From assembly GCA_039028615.1 (NCBI GenBank), contig JBCCHT010000045.1, forward strand, positions 1 through 64,000: a stretch of 64,000 nucleotides of DNA, in the 5' to 3' direction. The notes under the pieces are model-generated. The model worked only from the letters and a program-made list of their open reading frames with translations. It was not told where the DNA came from and did not search any database. The translations under genes were made by a program, and so were the position numbers. Positions within the stretch are counted from its first letter, which is position 1, and every line of letters starts with the position of its first letter. The DNA comes from Myxococcota bacterium. GTDB lineage: Bacteria; Myxococcota_A; Polyangia; Nannocystales; Nannocystaceae. Shown piece by piece: positions 58,187 through 64,000 of the stretch.

Positions 58187-59002
58187 CTAGTACTGCTCCC
58201 GGTAGGCGTTGCGACAGATGCCGAAGTGGGTCCCGTTGTTGTCCGCGGAACCGCAGCCGTTGACGGTGATCTCGTACTTGTCGTCGTGGCTGTCCCAGCG
58301 TGCGTGTGTCGTGATCTGCTTGTAGCTGCCTCGGTCGTACCAGCAGACCTCCCCCGGGTTCTTGCTCTCCATCGTCTGGATGATCCCCGAGTTGTTGATG
58401 GTCAGCGTGTTCACGCCCGTGTTCGCACACAGCACGTCGGCCTTGACCTGCCACCACACGCCCAGCCAGTCGCGGTGCTGGAACTTCGATTGCGTCCATG
58501 CCTCGCGGTCCCCCGACCACGGCGTGGTGATCCCGTGGCGGACCCTGAGGCGGTTGTCGCCCTTGGTGCGCGTCGACCAGTTGGAGGTCCCGCGAAACGA
58601 GATGTCCTCGTCGTCGGGCTCGTAGACCTCCATCGCCTCGGCAATCAGGCCGAGGGTCTGCGCGTTCATCTCCTCGAGCGAGACCCCCTCGCGGGCCAGC
58701 TCCACCTGCTGGCCGCTGATCTCGATGGCCGCGTCTCGACCGACCTGATCGCAGAAATCGCCGTACAGGCCGCACTCGAAGGGAGCGGTGAGGCGCTCCC
58801 GGGTGAGCTCGAGGTCGCCGTTGGCCACGTAGGTCTCGTGGAACGCGACGAGCTCTTCTTCGTCGAGTTCGAACATCAGCTCGCCATCGCGTGGCGCCTC
58901 GTCTTCGACGGGCATCGGGTCGCAGGCGAGGGCTCCGGCCGACAGCACAGCCGCGCCGAGATACCAAGAGAGGAACGAACGAATGGGGGCACCGTGAGTC
59001 AT
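58187..59002 (-). CDS. Hypothetical lipoprotein (acidic N-half, Trp-rich C-half)
   Basis: Lipobox ALAC; GC3-biased frame. Confidence 0.65.
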   Translation of the reverse strand: MTHGAPIRSFLSWYLGAAVLSAGALACDPMPVEDEAPRDGELMFELDEEELVAFHETYVANGDLELTRERLTAPFECGLYGDFCDQVGRDAAIEISGQQVELAREGVSLEEMNAQTLGLIAEAMEVYEPDDEDISFRGTSNWSTRTKGDNRLRVRHGITTPWSGDREAWTQSKFQHRDWLGVWWQVKADVLCANTGVNTLTINNSGIIQTMESKNPGEVCWYDRGSYKQITTHARWDSHDDKYEITVNGCGSADNNGTHFGICRNAYREQY

Positions 59003-59187
59003 ACCGGCCCATTGGCGGTGGTCGTCTCGGTGATGACGGGGGCTCGGATGTTTTTTCCTCCGTGCGAGAGCCCGCACGCGGCGCTCGACGGGCGAATCCC
59101 GGGGGGAAACGACCGCGTGTCGCACCTGGGCGCAAACACGGGGCTCGCCTGGCTGAGAGGCGGTCGGCCATGCGACGTTTGCCGGGC

Positions 59188-60333
59188 ATGACCGAGGCAT
59201 CGCGGATCTACGTTCTGTACACCGGAGGCACCATCGGCATGGACGGTCACCCGCTGGCGCCCATGCCCACCTCGCGGTTCGAGGCACTCATGGCCACGAT
59301 GCCCGGCTTCAACCCGCCGTGGCTGACGCTACAGACCTTCGCCAACCAGGACATCCGGGTCAGCTACGAGCTCGATGCGTTCGAGGAGCCCATCGACAGC
59401 TCCGCCATGGTCCCGCGGGACTGGGTCCGCATCGCCCGGCGGGTGCTCGACAACTACGACCAGTTCGACGGCTTCGTCGTCCTGCACGGCACCGACACCA
59501 TGGCCTGGACCGCCTCGGCGCTGTCGTTCTTGCTCGAGGGCCTGGCCAAGCCGGTCGTGGTGACCGGATCCCAGGTGCCCTTGGCCCAGACCCGCAACGA
59601 CGGCCTGCGCAACCTGGTGTCCGCCATGCAGATCGCCGCCACCACGAGCGTGCCCGAGGTCGGCCTGTTCTTCGACATGGCGCTGTACCGCGGTTGTCGG
59701 GCGGCCAAGGTCAGCACCAACGCCTTCGAGGGCTTCGCCTCGCCCAACGCGGGGGCGCTGGCCGACGTGGGCATCGGCATCGAGATCAACGAAGGCATGG
59801 TGCGCTTGCCTCCGCCCGTCGAGATCAGCCTCGAGGACCCGGCCAATCGCGAGCGGATCTCCGCGCGGCTCGACACCATCGAGCGGGCACTGCCGAACTT
59901 CTCCGTGCTCTCGCTGGCCCTCTTTCCGGGCATCCAGCAGTCCAACGCGGTGGACGTCATGCTCTCGTTCACCGAGCCGCCCGTGCGCGGGGTCGTGCTC
60001 CAGGCCTTCGGCGAGGGCAATGCCCCCTCCACGCCCTCGTTCATCGACGCCCTACGGCGGGCCCACGAGCGCGGCGTGGTGATCGTGGACGGCACCCAGG
60101 TCATGCAGGGCTCGGTCAACGTCGATGCCTATCAGTCCGCCTCGGGGCTCGAGCAGGCGGGGGCCATCAGCAGCTACGACATGACGCCCGAGGCCGCTCA
60201 GGCCAAGCTGACCTACCTCATCGCGCTCGGCCTTCAGCCCAAAGAGGTCGAAACGCTGATGCAGCGGAACCTGCGGGGCGAACTCGAGGCGCAGGCCGGG
60301 CCCACGCAGGGGCTGACCTTCGTCGATCGCTGA
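59188..60333 (+). CDS. ansA: L-asparaginase, type I (cytoplasmic)
   Basis: YTGGTIGM, IDSSAM, HGTDTM, VTGSQ, DMTPEAA..KL. Confidence 0.9.
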   Translation: MTEASRIYVLYTGGTIGMDGHPLAPMPTSRFEALMATMPGFNPPWLTLQTFANQDIRVSYELDAFEEPIDSSAMVPRDWVRIARRVLDNYDQFDGFVVLHGTDTMAWTASALSFLLEGLAKPVVVTGSQVPLAQTRNDGLRNLVSAMQIAATTSVPEVGLFFDMALYRGCRAAKVSTNAFEGFASPNAGALADVGIGIEINEGMVRLPPPVEISLEDPANRERISARLDTIERALPNFSVLSLALFPGIQQSNAVDVMLSFTEPPVRGVVLQAFGEGNAPSTPSFIDALRRAHERGVVIVDGTQVMQGSVNVDAYQSASGLEQAGAISSYDMTPEAAQAKLTYLIALGLQPKEVETLMQRNLRGELEAQAGPTQGLTFVDR

Positions 60334-60558
60334 GGCCTCCTCCCCCTGTGCCGTCGGCGCCGAAGTCGGTTCGGTCCTTCGGCGCAATGAACGGTATTCA
60401 GTCCGTAACTGTCCGTCCGGGGATTGCATACCGCCCTCTAGTCGAGACGGCGACGCCCGCGACCCCTGCGGCGCGGAGTCGCGCGCGGCGGGGAGGGATG
60501 GATGCGACGCTGGAAGGAGCGACGACGGATACGGCCACGGTGGCGTCCTGGTGGGCCC

Positions 60559-62109
60559 ATGGCGGGCGGTGGACTGGTGGCGATTGCCGGCGTGTTCGCG
60601 TGCACGCGGGCCAACCCGGCGTTCGACGCCAGTGAGTCCGCTGCGGAGGCATCCGAGACCTCTGCGGTTGGCGAAGGGACCACGGGTGTCTCGGGCTCCG
60701 TCGACGACTCCGATGCGGAGGACACTGCTCTCCCGCCCGAGGCGACGACCAGCGGGGGGCTCGACTCGACCTCGAGTCCCTTGGATGACACCTCTTCGGG
60801 CGACGAGTGCACGAGCGACGAGGAGTGCCCGGAGGGCATGGTGTGCGACTCGAGCTGCGTGGCGGTATGCGGTGACGGCCTCGTGCTCGCATCCGAGGCG
60901 TGCGACGACGGCAACGACGTCGATGGCGACGGCTGCGACGTCGATTGCACGCCGACGGAGCTCGTCGTCGGAGCGTCGTTCGTCAACACCTGCGTCCTCA
61001 TCGAGGGCGGCCGCGCCCGCTGCTGGGGAGAAAACGGCTACGGCCAGCTCGGGCTGGGTCACACCGACGACACCAGTCAGTACGAAGCCTGGCAGGGCGG
61101 AGACCTCCCCTTGCCTGGGCCGCTGCGGCAGCTCGGGATGGGAGACAACCACTTCTGTGGCGTGCTCGCGGCCACCGATGACGTGATCTGCTGGGGCGAA
61201 GCCGAGGGCGGGATGCTCGGCTACGCGAACACCACCGCGTTGTTTGCCCCGCCCGCCGCCGCGGTGGAGGTCGGGTTCCCCGTGCGCTCGATGGTCGGCG
61301 GTCAGTACCACTCGTGCGCGCTCGGGCTCGGCGGGGAGGTGGCCTGCTGGGGCTTCGGGCCCGAGCTCGGGTACGGACACTTGCATGCGATCGGCGACGA
61401 CGAGTCCCCATCGTCGCAAGGCACGGTCCTCGTGCCCGCGGGGGCATCGATCTCCGCGGGAGTGCAGACGACCTGCATCGTCGACGACTTCGGCGCCATC
61501 CTGTGTTGGGGGGCGAACGACAGCGGACAGCTCGGGGTCGGCCACCTCGAGCCGGTGGGGGACAACGAGACCCCGAACGACCTGTTGTTCTTCGACCAGC
61601 CCGCGCTCACCGTCGAGGCCGGCTACCACCACACCTGCGCCCTGTTCGCGGGAGGGAGCGTGCGGTGCTGGGGCAGCGCGGTGTTCGGCCAGCTCGGCCG
61701 CGGCGACGAGCAGATGCTCGGCCACATCGAGCCCGTGACCACGATCGAGCCGGTCGAGTTCGGAGAGCGGAGCCTGGTCGTCGATCTCACCGTCGGCGAT
61801 CGCCATAGCTGTGTCCTGTTCGAGGATGGCCGGGCCAAGTGCTGGGGCCTGGGGCTATCCGGGCAGCTCGGCCAGGGGGGATTCGACGACATCGGCGACG
61901 ACGAGCGGCCGTCGGAGATCCCGACGATCGACCTGGGCGGCCAGCGAATCCTCCAGATCGAGGCGGGGGGTGACCACACCTGCGCCGTGGTCGAGGGCCA
62001 CCAGCTGTACTGCTGGGGCGAAAACGACAGCGGCCAGCTCGGCCTCGGGCACACGCTCGACGTCTCGAATCCGCTGGACGGGTGGGTGCCGGTCCACGAT
62101 CCCGCGTAG
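60559..62109 (+). CDS. Lipoprotein with Cys-rich repeat and RCC1-like repeats
   Basis: VFAC lipobox; CGDG..EACDDGN; repeated HTC...CWG.N..GQLG.G. Start uncertain. Confidence 0.85.
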   Translation: MAGGGLVAIAGVFACTRANPAFDASESAAEASETSAVGEGTTGVSGSVDDSDAEDTALPPEATTSGGLDSTSSPLDDTSSGDECTSDEECPEGMVCDSSCVAVCGDGLVLASEACDDGNDVDGDGCDVDCTPTELVVGASFVNTCVLIEGGRARCWGENGYGQLGLGHTDDTSQYEAWQGGDLPLPGPLRQLGMGDNHFCGVLAATDDVICWGEAEGGMLGYANTTALFAPPAAAVEVGFPVRSMVGGQYHSCALGLGGEVACWGFGPELGYGHLHAIGDDESPSSQGTVLVPAGASISAGVQTTCIVDDFGAILCWGANDSGQLGVGHLEPVGDNETPNDLLFFDQPALTVEAGYHHTCALFAGGSVRCWGSAVFGQLGRGDEQMLGHIEPVTTIEPVEFGERSLVVDLTVGDRHSCVLFEDGRAKCWGLGLSGQLGQGGFDDIGDDERPSEIPTIDLGGQRILQIEAGGDHTCAVVEGHQLYCWGENDSGQLGLGHTLDVSNPLDGWVPVHDPA

Positions 62110-62124
62110 CCGCCGAGCCCACGG

Positions 62125-62158
62125 AAAAGGGCCCGAGGTCGGATGACCGCGGGCCCTT
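62125..62158 (-). terminator. Intrinsic terminator between convergent genes
   Basis: AAGGGCCCG-a-GGTC-ggat-GACC-g-CGGGCCCTT, with an A-run that gives a U-tract on the - strand. Confidence 0.65.
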
Positions 62159-62181
62159 GGGGTTCCGGCTTCAGGGGAGGC

Positions 62182-63747
62182 TCAGGCGCCCGAGCCGTCG
62201 CACCAGGCCTCGTCGAGGAGGAAGGCCGGGGTGGCGTCGCACATGCGCTCGCCGAAGCGGACGATGCACTCGCCCCAGCACTGGTCGCTGTTGTCACAGG
62301 CGGCGCCGGAGCGGCGCAGCTCGGTGCAGATGCCGTCCACGGCGCCCATGGGGGCCTCGCAGAAGGAGCCGACGATGCAGGGCTCGGTGGTGCCGTCGGT
62401 GCGGCACGGAGCTCCGATGACGGCACCGCTGGTGCACTCGCCCATGTAGCAGGCGAGCGACTCGCACTCGGCTCCGCTGTTGCAGAGCACGCCGTTTTGG
62501 AAGGGCGGGCGCAGGCAGACGGCGTCGCGACAGACGAGGTTGTCGTCGGGGTCGCACTCGGCATCGGAGTTGGGGCAGGGCCCGTTCTCACCCGAGTACG
62601 CCTGACACGTCGGCATGGCCGGGTCCATGTTGCAGAAGCCACCCTGGCACTCGGCGTTGTCGAAGCTGGGGCAGGGCTGCCCGGCGCCGAGCGAGGGGCT
62701 GCACAGGCCGCCCTGGCAGAAGCCGGACTCACACTCGGTGTTGTCGTTACACGGGTCGCCGGTCGGCGCCAGGTTGGCGCAGAAGCCCCCGTTGATCACG
62801 TCGCAGAAGTTGGACGAGCAGTCGTTGTTCTTCGTGCAGACGGTGCCCTCGCCACCCGGCTGCTGGCAGCTGGCGGCGGTGTCGAAGTTGCCCTTGCAGA
62901 AGTAGGTCTCGGGGCAGTCCGAGTCCTCGATGGTGTCGAAGCAGGGCGATCCCGGCGAGCAGAAGCCGCCCGCGCAGACCTGGGCGACGGGGTCGCAGGT
63001 CAGGCCCGCGGCGCAGCGGATGGTCTCGGTGCCGGGGATGGGGTTGAGCGGGTCGGCGAAGGCACAGCTCTCGCCCGACAGCGCACCCGGGGCACAGGTG
63101 CCGCTCTCCCAGTCGCAGATGAGGCCCTCGGCACACTCGGCGTCCGCGAAGCAGTTCTCGTTCTCGCGCGCCCGCAGGGCACAGACCCCAGCGATGCCGA
63201 AGTCGATGCAGCGCAGGCCCTCTTGGCACTCCCAGGGGCCGTCGCACTCTTCGCCGACCGCTTGCCGGCCGCGGAACATCTCGTTGGGATCGCAGGGGTC
63301 GGCCTCGACCTCCATGGCGCTCGGCGTGCAGCGGCCCACCGGGCCCACGACCACGGGGACGTTGCACTCGCGGTCGGCGGTGGCGTCGGCACACTCGCGG
63401 ACGGCGGTGGAGTTCACGTCGACGCGACCCTCGTTGATCGACAGCGCCAGCACCAGCAGACCCTCGGCCGGGTCGTTGCTCAGCTCGTTCTGCTCCAAGT
63501 CGAGCGGGACGCCGGTCGAGATGGCGTCGAGCATGCGCTCGCTGCAATCGCCCGCGTCGACGGTGAAGTCGCCCACCTGGTAGACGAGCTCATCCGGGGT
63601 GCAGCAGCCGAACATCCAGTCGCACGCGGCGTCGACCAGCGGCGTCATGTTGCTGCGGGCGGTATCGATGCCCGAAGTCTCCTCCTCGGCGCAGCCGGAC
63701 AGCAGCATCAGGGCGACGGAACCGAACAGGGTCGCTTTACGGAACAT
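62182..63747 (-). CDS. Cys-rich repeat lipoprotein (Dickkopf-like repeats)
   Basis: Lipobox LSGC; many G..C.....C..G..C repeats. Confidence 0.8.
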   Translation of the reverse strand: MFRKATLFGSVALMLLSGCAEEETSGIDTARSNMTPLVDAACDWMFGCCTPDELVYQVGDFTVDAGDCSERMLDAISTGVPLDLEQNELSNDPAEGLLVLALSINEGRVDVNSTAVRECADATADRECNVPVVVGPVGRCTPSAMEVEADPCDPNEMFRGRQAVGEECDGPWECQEGLRCIDFGIAGVCALRARENENCFADAECAEGLICDWESGTCAPGALSGESCAFADPLNPIPGTETIRCAAGLTCDPVAQVCAGGFCSPGSPCFDTIEDSDCPETYFCKGNFDTAASCQQPGGEGTVCTKNNDCSSNFCDVINGGFCANLAPTGDPCNDNTECESGFCQGGLCSPSLGAGQPCPSFDNAECQGGFCNMDPAMPTCQAYSGENGPCPNSDAECDPDDNLVCRDAVCLRPPFQNGVLCNSGAECESLACYMGECTSGAVIGAPCRTDGTTEPCIVGSFCEAPMGAVDGICTELRRSGAACDNSDQCWGECIVRFGERMCDATPAFLLDEAWCDGSGA

Positions 63748-64000
63748 ATGCCAAAAGGCGTATCACTCCGAACCCTCGTTTGCCCAGAAGGTGAGTCACA
63801 ATCACCCGATTTTGTGCCCAGGAGGGCCCATGTCGGGCCTGGGTGTCTCGTTCGCGTCGAGAGGCAGATAAAGCCCACATTGGCCGCAATCGTGCGGCCG
63901 GATCGCGGCGGCCCGACGCCCGATGGGGGCGGGCTCGGCTGCCACCGCGGCCCGGTACTGCTACCGTGGAAGGGTCGATGGGATGGAAGGCGAACGCGGG

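Noticed and set aside
59138..59165. GGGG...GCTGAGA resembling a TPP riboswitch 5' half upstream of the asparaginase gene
   Set aside because: No downstream ACCTGA/AGCG..GG core, and the gene is unrelated to thiamine.

Overview
GC-rich chromosomal window from a myxobacterium, probably Nannocystaceae-like. This is inferred from MYXO-CTERM tails, myxobacterial Cys-rich repeats and the many lipoproteins. It holds about 50 CDSs. Housekeeping genes include the ppk2 3' end, uvrC, ssb, rseP-like, hslO, an RluA-family synthase, dus, asparaginase and an HtrA-family protease; the rest are mostly transporters and secreted or lipoprotein hydrolases. I found no tRNA, rRNA, CRISPR array or transposase. The main candidates: (1) an unannotated ~170-nt structured RNA at ~36873-37043, bounded by a sigma54 -24/-12 promoter match and a + strand intrinsic terminator, with four stem-loops and a repeated CGGGGGCG loop motif; (2) a translationally coupled pair of a SIR2-like gene and a membrane-spanning STAND-NTPase/TPR gene, a candidate NLR-like conflict or defence system; (3) TAnnnT -10 boxes 6-11 nt before many start codons, suggesting leaderless or very short-leader mRNAs; (4) a MYXO-CTERM-anchored pentaheme cytochrome; (5) three tandem, divergent paralogous lipoproteins. 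All family assignments are from motif recognition by eye; no database searches were run.
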